From the NCBI RefSeq assembly GCF_018977255.1, contig NW_024704742.1:24864001-24928000 (forward strand): a DNA stretch of 64,000 nucleotides, given 5' to 3'. Below are positions 21,236-32,205 of this stretch, in pieces (position 1 is the first letter of the stretch; each line of letters begins with the position of its first letter). Position numbers and translations under genes: made by a program. The notes beneath the pieces were generated by a model, which searched no databases, was not told where the DNA came from, and worked only from the letters and a program-made list of their open reading frames with translations. Source of the stretch: Callorhinchus milii. Its lineage: Eukaryota.

Positions 21236-24200
21236 ATAACAACAACAACTTGGATTTATATAGTGCCCTCCACGCCGGACAGCGTCTCAGAGCGCTTCAC
21301 AGTAACGGATCCCAGGACTGAGCCAGGGGGAGGGGGAGGAAGGTGACCAAAGAAGCAGTTGAAAAGAAAGGTCTTCAGCAGTGACCTGAAAATAGGAAGA
21401 GAGGGAGCGAGATGAAGGGAGTGAGGAAGGGGGTTCCAGAGCCTTGGGGGATAGTGGCTGAAGGTACGGCCGCCGAGGGTGGAGTGGAGGACTCGGGGGA
21501 CAAGGAGGAGGCCAGAACTGGAGGAACGAAGGCAACGGGCACTGTTTTGAGGAGAGAGAATGTCAGAGAGGTTGGAGGATGCAGAGGAGTGGAGAGATTT
21601 GAAGACAAGGTTGAGGATCTTGAAGTCGATCCTCTCTGGGACAGGCAGCCAGTGCAGTCTGGCAAGGACTGGGGTAATCAGGGAGTGGAGTTTGTTGCGG
21701 GTGAGAATGCAGGCGGCAGAGTTTTGAATAATCTGGATTTTGTGGATGGTAGTGGAGGGGAGGCTGGTGAGAAAGGCATTTGAATAGTCCAGCTGAGAGG
21801 TGACAAAAGCATGAACCAGGGTTTCAATGGCTTTCGGAGAGAGGTATTGTCGGAAATGGGTGATGCTTCGGAGGTGGAAGAAAGCAGTGCTGGTGAGGGA
21901 CCGGGTGTGGGGGAAGAAGGATAATTGGGGGTCGAACTGAAGCCGAGGTTGCGTACGGGTTTGGAGAGTTTTAAGGGGAGGTCGGGTAGGTAGAGGAGGT
22001 GAGAGCCGTGAGATGTTAGAGGTTGACGAGAGCCAAAGAGTATGGCTTCTATCTTGTCAACATTCAGCTGAAGGAAATTTGCGCTCATCCAGCCCCTGAG
22101 GTCTTCCAGGCAGGCTGACAGAACATCAGGGGACTGGGGGTCACAAAGAAAGGTGGAAATATAGAGTTGGGTGTCATCTGCATACATATGGAAATGTACC
22201 CCATGTTTGCGGATGACATCCCCAAGAGGGAGCATGTAGATCAGAAAGAGGAGGGGGGCCAAGGATGGATCCTTGGGGTACCCCGCAGGTAATCGGGTGA
22301 GAGCGGGAGGAGAAGCCGTTTGTGAAGATGTACTGCTGTCAGTTTGTGAGGTAGGGCTCGAACCAGGCGAGTGCGGTCCCACTGAAGTGGATGACGGAGG
22401 AAATGTGGTGGAGGAAGATGGCGTGATTGACTGTGTCGAACGCGGCGGAGAGGTCCAGGAGGACAAGGAAGCAGAGGGAGCCCTGGTCACAGATAGAGAG
22501 GATGTCGTTTGAGACTTTCACAAGCGCAGTTTCTGTACTGTGGGCAGGGTGGAAACCAGACTGGAGGGGTTCGAAGAAGGAGTGGGAGGAGAGGTGTGCG
22601 TGAAATTGATTGGCAACAACGAATTCTAGGACTTTTATGAGGAAGGGCAGGTTAGAAATAGGGCGTTAGTGGCTGGGGTTTGAGGGATCTAGGGAAGGTT
22701 TTTTGAGGAGGAGTTTGATGACAGCAGTTTTGAGGGGGGCAGGGACTGATCTGGAGGAGAGAGACTGGTTGATTATGTTAGCCAGCAGTGGGCAGAGGAG
22801 GACGAGCTGGGTGGCCAGCAAGTTGGTGGGGAGGAGGTCGAGGCAGCAGGTGATGGTAGGTGAGAGGGAGGAGGGAGAGATGGGGAGGAAGGAATGTAGG
22901 ATGGGGGTGGTGGTAGGAGCAGATGATGGGGAGGGTGAGGGGGACAGAGAGGGCATGATAGTGGGTGACAAGAGGCAGGTGGATGAGGCTGCCTGGCAGA
23001 TGTTAAGTATTTTAGAAGAGAAGAAGTCCATGACCTCCTCACACTTGGCATTTGATATGAAAATTGAGGAGGCCTGAGGTGGGGCACGGAGGAGGTAGTG
23101 GGTGGTGGAAAAAAGGATTTTAGGGTTGTGTTTAGCCTCCAAGATGATGTTGGAGTAGAAGGCCGTTTTTGCGCATGTCAAAGAACGGCAGTAGCTGTGG
23201 CAATGCTCGAGCCACCGTTGGCGGTGAACTGCCAGGCCAGTTTTCCGCCATCTGTGCTCGAGCAGCCAGGTTTGGGTTTTTTGGCGGCGGAAATGGTTGT
23301 TGTATTAGGAGGATCGTGTGGTTTTGGAGAAGGTCCTGGATTTCAGGGGGACAAGGGAGTTGAAGGTGGAGGAGAGGCGATCATGGAGCAGCTGGATGGC
23401 TGCTTCAAGATCTCCGCGGGTGGAGGGCCAGAGGGATAAGATGTTTGATGATGAGAGGGCCTTCATGAGGGTCTCAGGTGGTAGCCTTTTCCAAGGGCGG
23501 TAGTGGATGGTTGAGGGCTTGGTGGAGGAGAAAAGGATGTGAAAGGAGAAGGAGATGAGGAATTGGTCCAAGATGGCCTTGTCCACTATGCTGAGGTTGG
23601 AAATGTCAAGACCATGGGTGATAACGAGGTCAAGTGCATGACCACGGTTGTGGGTGGGTGAATTTATATGAAGGGTGAGGTTTAGGGAGGAGAGGTAGGC
23701 AGTGAAGTCAGCAGAAGTGGTGCAGGGGGAGTTTAGGTGGAGGTTGAAATCGCCCATTATGAGTAGGCGCTCGGAGCAGAGAGGAGATTAGAGATATCTG
23801 TGTGGAAAGAGCTGGGGGGCTTAGGGTGGTGGTAGACAGGAGGATTTTGAAGAAAGGGATGGAAGAGGGTGAGGTACTCGAAGGAGGGGAAGCAGCCAGA
23901 GGAGTAGGGGATAAGACCAAGGGAGGCTTTGGAAATGAACGCCACCCTGCCGCCACGTTGGTTTGGATGGGGGATGTGGTGCAAGGTGTAGCCTGGAGGG
24001 GAGGCTTCCACTAGGGGGACAGGGTCATTGGGGGAAAGCCAGGTTTCGGTGAGCCCAAGAATATCAAAGTGCTCGTCCAGGATGATGTCGTGGATGGTGA
24101 GGGCTTTATTTGAGAGGGAACGGACATTTTGGAGGGAAATGCAGGTGGATTTGCTGGAGGGAGCGGAGGAAGGAGAGGGAGGTGAGAGTGATGCAGAGAG

Positions 24201-24800
24201 GATTTTGGGGTGTACGGGAGAGATGGTTGTGGAGAGTGGTGCGAGTGGATAGTTGGGGAGGGTACGTATGAGGGAGGGGGAGGTCAGGTTTGCTTTAAGG
24301 AGGCGGTTTGAGTGGAGGGAGTGAATGATGGGACACATGGGGTTGCTGCTCTGGGACAGCCAGTGCCGGGAGCCACGATGGGCCCGGCGGCGGATGCCCA
24401 GGCTGGAGCAGAGGGAATTGGTGATTGGGTCGAGGAGAGAGAGAAGGTGGGGAGGGCGGTAGGAGAGAAGGACAGAGGCGGAGTAGTGGATAGAGGGGGG
24501 TGGGAGGAGAGACATAGAGGGGGGTGGGAGGAGAGACATAGAGGGGGGTGGGAGGAGAGACATAGAGGGGGGTGAGAGGAGAGACATTTAGAGTGGGGGG
24601 CGGTAGGAGAGACATTAGAATGGAGGGGGAGGCTCGGGTCAGGGCGGCAGCCAAAACGCGCACGCAGAGACCGGGAGCGAACGATCAGCGGGATGGCACC
24701 AGCCCGCAGGCTGTGTGGTCATGGCCAGGATGGCAGTGCCAGGGGCTGCCAGGCCATTGTTGTTGTTGTTGGTTTTTTTTTAATCGTGACGTCACGCCAA
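21236..24800 (-). mobile_element. Near full-length L2/CR1-clade LINE (APE endonuclease and RT), frameshifted, in FGA intron 2
   Basis: APE motifs LQNVRSLSNK...LGLTETWL, MGDFNLH, PTHNRGHALDLVI; RT motifs LVLLDLSAAFDTVNH, PLLFLIYM...[10 protein letters not shown]; (TTG)n 3' tail at about 21236-21250; ORF2 split over several frames. The 5' boundary is approximate. Confidence 0.93.
24488..24620. repeat. 24-bp tandem repeat inside the LINE 5' region
   Basis: Unit GAGGGGGGTGGGAGGAGAGACATA, about 3 exact and 2 degenerate copies; reads (MSLLPPPS)n on the minus strand. Confidence 0.9.
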
Positions 24801-24964
24801 CGTCACTTTGTGAATGTCGCCCCCTTCCCTCACTTACCCCCCTCTGAGCTCTCCAGACTCCACTCCCGACTGAGTAGTTCCTCACCTGGTTGGGCTTTAT
24901 ACCCGCAGCTGGGTCTCGGCTCCGCCCCGCACTCTCCTGACTCTGCTACCAACTCTTTTCCTGC

Positions 24965-25325
24965 ACAAGCTTCAGATCATCCAGAACTCTGCAGCTCGTC
25001 TCCTCTCCCGAACCAGGCTCTGTGAACCCATCACCCCAGCCTCGCCCGGCTCCACTGGCTCCCCACCCCTCAGAGGATAGAATTCAAAATCCTCGTCCTC
25101 ACCTTCAAGGCCCTCCGTGGCCTTGCCCCCTTCTACCTGTGTGATCTGCTGACCCCTTATTAACCTGCCCGCTCTCTCCACTCACAAGCTCCATGTCTAC
25201 TGCCCGGCCCCCCCCCACCATCAGCAGTCGGGCCTTCAGCCTCTCTGTCCCCACCCTCTGGAACTCCATCTCACGTTCCCGTCACCTCTCTCCCGCCCTT
25301 GGGCACTAAACAAATGTAATTTTGC
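24965..25325 (+). mobile_element. L2-type LINE 3' fragment
   Basis: Encodes QIIQNSAARLL...HWLP...IEFKILVLTFKAL, as in the other copies. Confidence 0.8.
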
Positions 25326-25743
25326 ATTGTATCTATTTACTTTCCAATCCCATTTAAAGTTTTATATATCCTTAAGAGGTTCCCTCTGCGTCATCTTCTC
25401 TCACAACGAAAAAGTGCTAGCTTGTCTAATCATTGCTCATATAGTACATTCGTCTAACACTGGGAATCATCCTTGTTGCTCTCCTCTGCACTGCCTCTAG
25501 GGCTTGGGCAGCCCTATTATGTTGCGGTGACCAGACCAGTATGCAGTATTCAAGCTTCAATCTGAACAGAGTCTGGGTATGATGTCTGGGGATCCAAACA
25601 CAATAACAAAAGCAACAACAAATTGCATTTATATAGCATTGTTTGTGTCAGGAGAAGTTCCCAGGTATTGGACATATCCCAAAGCACTCAACTCAACTCA
25701 GAGTCATTCATTCAATACAAACTGAGATCTCAATGTCACCTAC

Positions 25744-25860
25744 CCAGGCCTGATCATCACATGTGGGCCAGTCACTCTCATCTGAGCATCCCAGTGTAGA
25801 TCTGCTGCGATCTCTGGTTTCTGAAGAACGAGGTCCTCGAAGCATCACCTCTGACTCTGA
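25744..25860 (-). CDS. FGA: Fibrinogen alpha chain exon 2 (fibrinopeptide A, GPR knob A)
   Basis: Not in the ORF track. tctctcag acceptor; SESEVMLR|GPRSSETRDRSRSTLGCSDESDWPTCDDQAW; gtaggt donor; 117 nt, phase 0-0. Confidence 0.95.
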
Positions 25861-25959
25861 CTGAGAGACAACATCATGATAAGTAAGGTATCGTTCCAGG
25901 ACCTGTCTGAGGTTCTAGAACAAGTTGTTGCTTCCCAGGTCGCTCTTCTTCTGCTGCCA

Positions 25960-28427
25960 CTCCCTTCACAAACCCTTCCAATCGGGCTTCTGTGCCGCCC
26001 ACAGCACAGAAACAGCCCTGGTCAAAGTGACAAATGACACTCTGTCCATTTGTGACCAGGGCTCCTTCTTGTCCTACTTGACCACTCTGCTGCCTTTGAT
26101 ACCGTCGAGCACTCTATCCTCATCCACTGCCTCTCCTCTCACCTCAACCTTCACGGCTCTGTCCTTGATTGGTTCAGATCATACCTCTCACACCACCTCC
26201 ACTTCATCTCCACAAACAGTTTCTCCTCTAGCCTCTGCACCGTCTTGTGCGGTGTTCCTCAGGGCCCTGTCCTTGGTCCCCTCCTTTTCAATATCTATAT
26301 GTTCCCTCTTGGTGACATCATCCGCAGGCATGGGATCAACTTCCACATGTATACGGATGACATGCAACTATATCTCTCTGTCTCCACCCTTGACTCCAGG
26401 ACCACTGTTTGTCCTGACAGAATGTCTGTCAGACATCAAGTCCTGGATGAGAGATAATTTTCTTCAGTTGAACATCAACAAAACCGAGGTTCTCCTGATT
26501 GGCTCCCGTCAGCACCTCCACTCCTCAGGCGCTGACAGCATCACCATCCATGGTTACACACTCCACCTTGCTAAGCCAGTCTAGAACTTTGGCGGCTTGT
26601 TTGACCCTCAACTATTCTTTCTACCCCACATCTGTGCCATGACCCGCTCTATCTTCCCCCACCCCCGCAACATGGCCCGGCTCCGCCACTGTCTCACACC
26701 GCAGGACACCGAAACCCTCATACACGCATTCATTACATTGAGGCTTGACTATGCAAAATCATTGCTTGTCGGCCTCACAACTCCTCCCTCCATAGGCTGC
26801 AGATCATCCAGAACTCTGCATCCCATGTCCTCTCTCGCTCCAGGCTCCATGACCCTACTATCCCCATCCTTGCCCAAATCCACTGGCTTCCCATCACACA
26901 GAGGATACAGTTCAAGATTCTGGCACTCACTTTCAAAAAGCCCTCCATAGTATTGCTCCCCCCTACTTCTGCGACCTCCTAACCCCTTACTATCCTGCTC
27001 GCTCCCTCCGCTCAGCCGGTTCTGGCTTGCTTCACATCCCCCTCGCTCGCTCCACCATTGGCGGGCAGGCCTTCTGCCTCTCTGTCCCACCCTCTGGAAC
27101 TCCATCCCACAGTCCCTCTGCCTCTCCCCCTCTCTTGCCTGACTCATGCGGTGTCCCTCAAGGCTCTCCTCGGTCCCCTTCTCTTCACCCACTACATGCT
27201 CCCCCTTGGTGACATTTTCCGCAGACATGGGGTTAACTTCCACATGTATGCGGATGACACCCAACTCTACCTTTCCTCCTCTACCCTCAACTCCACGACC
27301 ACCGATGTCCTGACAGCTGCCTGTCCGACATCGAGTCCTGGACGAGAGACAACTTTCTTCAGCTCAACGTGCGTAAAACTGAGGCCCTCCTGATTGGTTC
27401 GCGTCAGCGCCTCCGCACCTCAGGCGCTGACAGCATCAGCATCCAAGGCTGCACTCTCCACCTCTCAAAGCCGGTCAGGAACCTTGGGGTTCTGTTCGAC
27501 CCTGAGCTGTCCTTTCTTCCTCATATCCATGCCACAACTGGCACTGCCTTCCATCATCTCCGAAACATCGCCAGATTACGGCACTACCTCACCCCTCACG
27601 CTGCTGAAACTCTGATCCACGCCTTTATCACCTGAAGGCTGGACTATGCGAACTCTCTCCTCGCCGGCCTTCCCGGCACCTCCCTCCACAAGCTGCAGGT
27701 CATTCAGAACTCTGCAGCTCGTGTGCTGTCCCGCACCAGGCATCGGGACCACATCACTCCCACCCTCGATCGCCTCCACTGGCTCCCCATCCCCCAGAGG
27801 ATCAAATTCAAGATCCTCATCCTCACCTACAAGGCCATTCACGGCCTCGCTCCCTCCTACCTCTCCGACCAACTATCCCCCTACCTACCTGCCCGTACCC
27901 TCCGTTCCTCTGGCTCCGGTCTGCTCCATATCCCCCGCCCCAACCGCCCTACCATCGGTGGCTGGGCCTTCAGCCTCTCAGCCCCGAGGCTCTGGAACTC
28001 TATCCCCCATTGCCTTCGCCGCTTCCTCCCTTTCCTCCTTCAAGGCCGGTCTCAAGACCTTTCTCTTTGACCGTGCCTTCAGCTCCCCTCTGGACTCTCT
28101 ACCCCCTCCTCGCTCCCTCCCTTCCCTCCCCTCACCCTGACCATTTCCCCCTTGCTCGGGTCCTGACCCAACTGTACAGCGCCTTGGGACTTCCTCCCAA
28201 TGTGAAAGGCACTCTATAAATGGAACCTTGTTGTTGTTGTTGTTGCCTCCATCAAGACCCATCCCAAGTCCCTCCTCTTCGACTGTGCTTTCGATCTCCC
28301 TGCTTGCCCTCCACCCTCCCCAATCCCGACCCCCAGCTCGGGTCTGAAACTCTGTCTGTCCAGTGCCTTGGGATATCCTCCCAATGTGAAAGGCCCTATA
28401 CAAATGTAATTTTGTTGTTGTTGTTGT
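25960..28427 (+). mobile_element. Tandem L2-type LINE fragments in FGA intron 1 (about 25960-27130, 27148-28245 and a tail at 28250-28427)
   Basis: [46 protein letters not shown]; two (TTG)n tails. Confidence 0.92.
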
Positions 28428-29144
28428 AAAGTTGCCTTTGCAAGAATAACACTGCGCATCAAATATATAATTCCATATTCGGTCTTTACTGAACTGCAGC
28501 AGGTTTATCACCTCTGTAACAAACAAAAGTGATGAATTGAAGCATTCATTTCTATCATTCAAAATAAATAATCGAAACAATTTGCATAAAGAGAAAAATT
28601 TACCATTCATGAGGGAGAAGAGAAGGAAGGGGTATAGTGAGGGGAATAGGAGAGGGGAAAGTTCATGTGGAGTATAAAGACAGGCCTGGACTAGTTGGGC
28701 CAAATGGCCTGTTTCTACGCCGCCATCACTCTATGTCACTCTATTTAAGCAGTTACATCCTCAACCCAAACACACAACTGTAAATAATTCCCTTTTCCCA
28801 CAAAGAAATGCCTCTTAGCTGCACAGGTGCAAACCCTAATGCAATTATAGCACAGCACGGCATCCATCTTTTCTCGCCTCTTGATAAACTCTGCCTCATT
28901 CTTTACAAGATTAGTAGATGATACATCACAGTAATGACAGGCATTGTGAAGATCAGTGATGTGCGAAGTATGTCCTTCATTGATGCTGTTCATAATTTGC
29001 TCATGATTTGCTACTCAAGAGTAATAATGTCGGTCTACCCTTGGGATATAAAATTCTTATCCCTTGGTCTTCACAGTGAGTCAAGGCTCTCAGTATAACT
29101 GCTGTCCAGAACAGAAATCCCCCAAAAAAGAAAAAAGGACCTAC

Positions 29145-29198
29145 CGAATGTATCAGTGTGAAGCACACAAATAAACCGAGGACTTTTGCTGCTCTCAT
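29145..29198 (-). CDS. FGA: Fibrinogen alpha chain exon 1 (signal peptide)
   Basis: ATG at 29198; MRAAKVLGLFVCFTLIHS is a hydrophobic leader of 18 codons, then a gtaggt donor (phase 0), matching the 54-nt coding exon 1 of FGA. Confidence 0.9.
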
Positions 29199-29328
29199 CT
29201 CTTTAACTATGCAGCCAAGACTTGAAGAAATGCCGCTTCTCTCTTTCTACCTTCAAAAGTGAAGAACAACAGGATCAGGCTCAGTGAGTGTGTGTGAGTA
29301 TACTGTTTACGCAGTCGACAGAAACCTT

Positions 29329-29449
29329 GTCAATCATTTACCTGTCAGCTCTTGTACAAATCAACGCTCATGTTTCTGACTTTCCTGCAGTTTTGTTAAA
29401 ACTTCAAAGGTCCACAGCCTTGAATCTCTCCTAAAAGCTGTTGCACAAT
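29329..29449 (-). promoter_or_regulatory. FGA proximal promoter with liver-factor motifs
   Basis: GTAAATGATTGAC (29329-29341) is close to the HNF1 consensus GTTAATNATTAAC; TCAAAGGTCCA (about 29404-29414) is HNF4-like; TTGCACAAT (29441-29449) is C/EBP-like. Motif matches only. Confidence 0.5.
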
Positions 29450-29623
29450 TGCAGCACTTAGTTCATGTGATAGCCCATTTGAATGTTGTTTATATTGTTG
29501 TTGCGCAGAGATCGAGCTTATGGTAAAATAAAATAAAGGAACCTTGTTCAATCGTTTTAGATTTTGTGTCCCCACCCAGGTTTTCAGCTGTGATACGCTA
29601 CCCTATGGGAGCGACACTATATA

Positions 29624-29925
29624 ATAATAATAATCTTTGCATTTGATATTGCGCCTTATCATGTCTTCGAGACTTCACAGAATATACTATAAAGTGAATT
29701 GACTGTATATTTTGTGAGTGAAATGCGGTGACCAATTTATTATTATTATTTTTTTCAAAGGAATTATTATCCCCGGAAAAGCAATCTGCCAATCGACGAA
29801 CAACCGGGTTCCTACTTACTGCAAGGTAAACAGAGACACGTGGAGTAAGGAAACTTGCCCAGCATTTCATCCTGCCGGGAATCAAACCCGTGGTGAGTGT
29901 TCTAACCACTGAGCTACAGGATTCC
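29624..29925 (-). mobile_element. SINE family A copy upstream of FGA
   Basis: Reverse-complement match to 37232-37597 including A/B boxes; similar copies at 19051-19362, 32875-33217 and 18227-18525. Confidence 0.8.
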
Positions 29926-29984
29926 ACATGTACAAGCCTCATCACCAATACAATCCAAACAGTGATAATTCTGGCGTGAACAAA

Positions 29985-30270
29985 CAAATGATTGAGGGAA
30001 TGGAGGGACTGGACTATGAGGAGCGACTAAGTAAATTGGGCATGTTCACCCTGGAAAACAGAAGATTGAAAGGAGACATGATTGCTGTCTTTAAGATTCT
30101 GAAGGACTTGACAAAATAGATCATGACAGGCTGTTTCAACTAGTCCAGAATAGTAAAGCCAGAGGACACGGCCTGCATTTGAAGGGGGGTAAATTCAGAA
30201 CCAAGGTACCAACACACTATTTCCGTGAGCGAATAGTAAACCTGTGTGTAAATGCAAGTTGTTGTGGTTG
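29985..30270 (+). mobile_element. CR1 LINE 3' fragment
   Basis: MIEGMEGLDYEERLSKLGMFTLENRRLKGDMIAVFKIL...RGH, a typical CR1 ORF2 C-terminus. Confidence 0.85.
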
Positions 30271-31299
30271 TTCACCCTGTATTGGAAGAGGAGTGAAGAT
30301 TATATGCCCTTGACTGTTAGATAAAATCCTTGCAGCAGTTCCCACATGGAATGTACTTCAAGTGCTCTGAGATGCTAGACTGCATGGAGGGCGCTATATA
30401 AGTGCAAGTTGTCGTTGTTGTTCCTCCGATCTCAGAATGAAATTTTCACCGCGTCTTCAATTGTAATGTTCAAACCAAAGCTGATGTATTTGCTGTAACA
30501 GCTACAGACAGATAGTCTAAAAACTAAAAGAAGTTGATGAATGGTGAGTGGAATGATAATAATCCTTGCATTTGATATGGCATCTTTCATGTCTGGAGGA
30601 TTTACTGTAAAGTGTAGTGAATGCCTACAATCACTAAAAGAATGGATAGGATATGTGATGAGAGGTGAGAGATCTTTATTATTAGAGAAAGAATACAATG
30701 GAAAAGAGAGTAAATCTCTGGAAAGCTACATAGATGCCAGAAAAAGAATCAGAGGGCAAGCTCGTCGATGTTTATTTTCAAAAGTTGCATTTGGCAGTCC
30801 TAATAGCAGGCAATGAGAAATCGCACCTCATCTCAGCCTGTAATACAATATTGCCTCAGCATTTCAGATCATGTAGAATTATGGAAAAGTCTTAAATTAA
30901 TTTTGAATTTGGAAGTAAGTTTTCAAATCAAGAATGAATTTAATATGTTCCACAAATCTGTGCGTTCTTAAAATTAAAAAGAAAGTGGTCCTACAGGCTG
31001 AGACTGGTTGGAATTTTTGACCTACAGACGCTACAACCAATGGTTTAAAGCAAAGTTGAAGTTGGATTGAGATTCCTTAAACTGATTAAAATGCAATGAG
31101 CAACAGGCAGAACTTTTACAAGAGAAAACAGAATTGCAGAAAACTTTTTCCATTTATTATCACTCTTATCTTCCAGCCACTAAGCTAATTTTCAGTCTAT
31201 CCTAGAATTTGCCATTAATTCAATGCTCTTTAACATTGTTTAAAAGTCTCAGATGGAGAATTTGACTCTGTTTGAAAAGACAGGGTATTTTCTCATTGT

Positions 31300-31623
31300 G
31301 TGTCGGCCTGGTTCAGCTCGTAGGACTCTCACTTCCGAGTTGTAAGATTGTGGGTTCAAGGCATAGTTCAGGATTTTGAACTCATTGTCTAGGCCGACAC
31401 TCCAATGCAGTGCAGGGATTGTGCTGCATTGTTCGAGGTATTGTCCTTCAGATGATTCATTAAACTGAGGTCCTGTCTGCCGGTTCAGGTGGATATTAAA
31501 GATCCCACAGCACTGCTTGAAAACAGAAGGAAGTTTCTCCCAATCTCCAAATGTCATTCACTCCATCACTGTTTATGGAACATTGCTGTTCGCAAATTGG
31601 CTGCCACAGTTGCTTACAATATA
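31300..31623 (+). mobile_element. Deu-domain SINE (family B)
   Basis: Same head and core as 16540-16812. Further copies at about 3860-4410, 18590-19010, 32350-32590, 35200-35640, 39780-40060, 47490-47890 and 57190-57560. Confidence 0.8.
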
Positions 31624-32205
31624 CAGTAAACTCTGGATAACTCGGCACACAAAGGGTAAAAGATCCAGTGACGAGTTATCTGATGTGACAAGTTAGCCAT
31701 TGATCCGCGATCTCTGTCTTTCTGAGCCAGCATCCGCTCGCCTCAGACATTGCATCTGAGTATGCACGCCCAACCTCCGCCAAACATCCGCACCAGTCAT
31801 AGGATAGGAGGGGAGGTCATGGCACAGCCCTTCGATTGACCACCAGTCTCTGCAATCCAATGATGTTAACGTGGGTGCTGCCATCTTGTTCAAAGGACTG
31901 CTTAATTTTACATTGAAATACTTTCAAGAATTTCTGCAAATGAAACGAGTTATGTGTTAAGCAAGTGAAAAGTGAAGTGATTCCCTTATTAATAATACTA
32001 ATTCTTGCATTTGATATAGCGCCTTATCACATCTTCAAGACGTCTCAATGCGCTTCACAGAATATACTGTAAAGTGAATTGTCTGTATATTATGTGGGCA
32101 AAATATTATTAATAGTTTATGTGGTAAGAGGTCGGTATATTAATAACATGATAATTTAGTAATAGTGATAAGTTAATCCAGGGTCAAGTTATCCAGAGTT
32201 TACTG
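31624..32205. mobile_element. Non-autonomous Tc1/mariner-pogo (Tigger-like) MITE
   Basis: Perfect 19-bp TIRs CAGTAAACTCTGGATAACT / AGTTATCCAGAGTTTACTG, each flanked by TA; carries a nested SINE tail (about 31990-32105). Confidence 0.9.

Noticed and set aside
21236..24800. Active LINE or domesticated reverse transcriptase
   Set aside because: ORF2 is broken by several frameshifts and stops.
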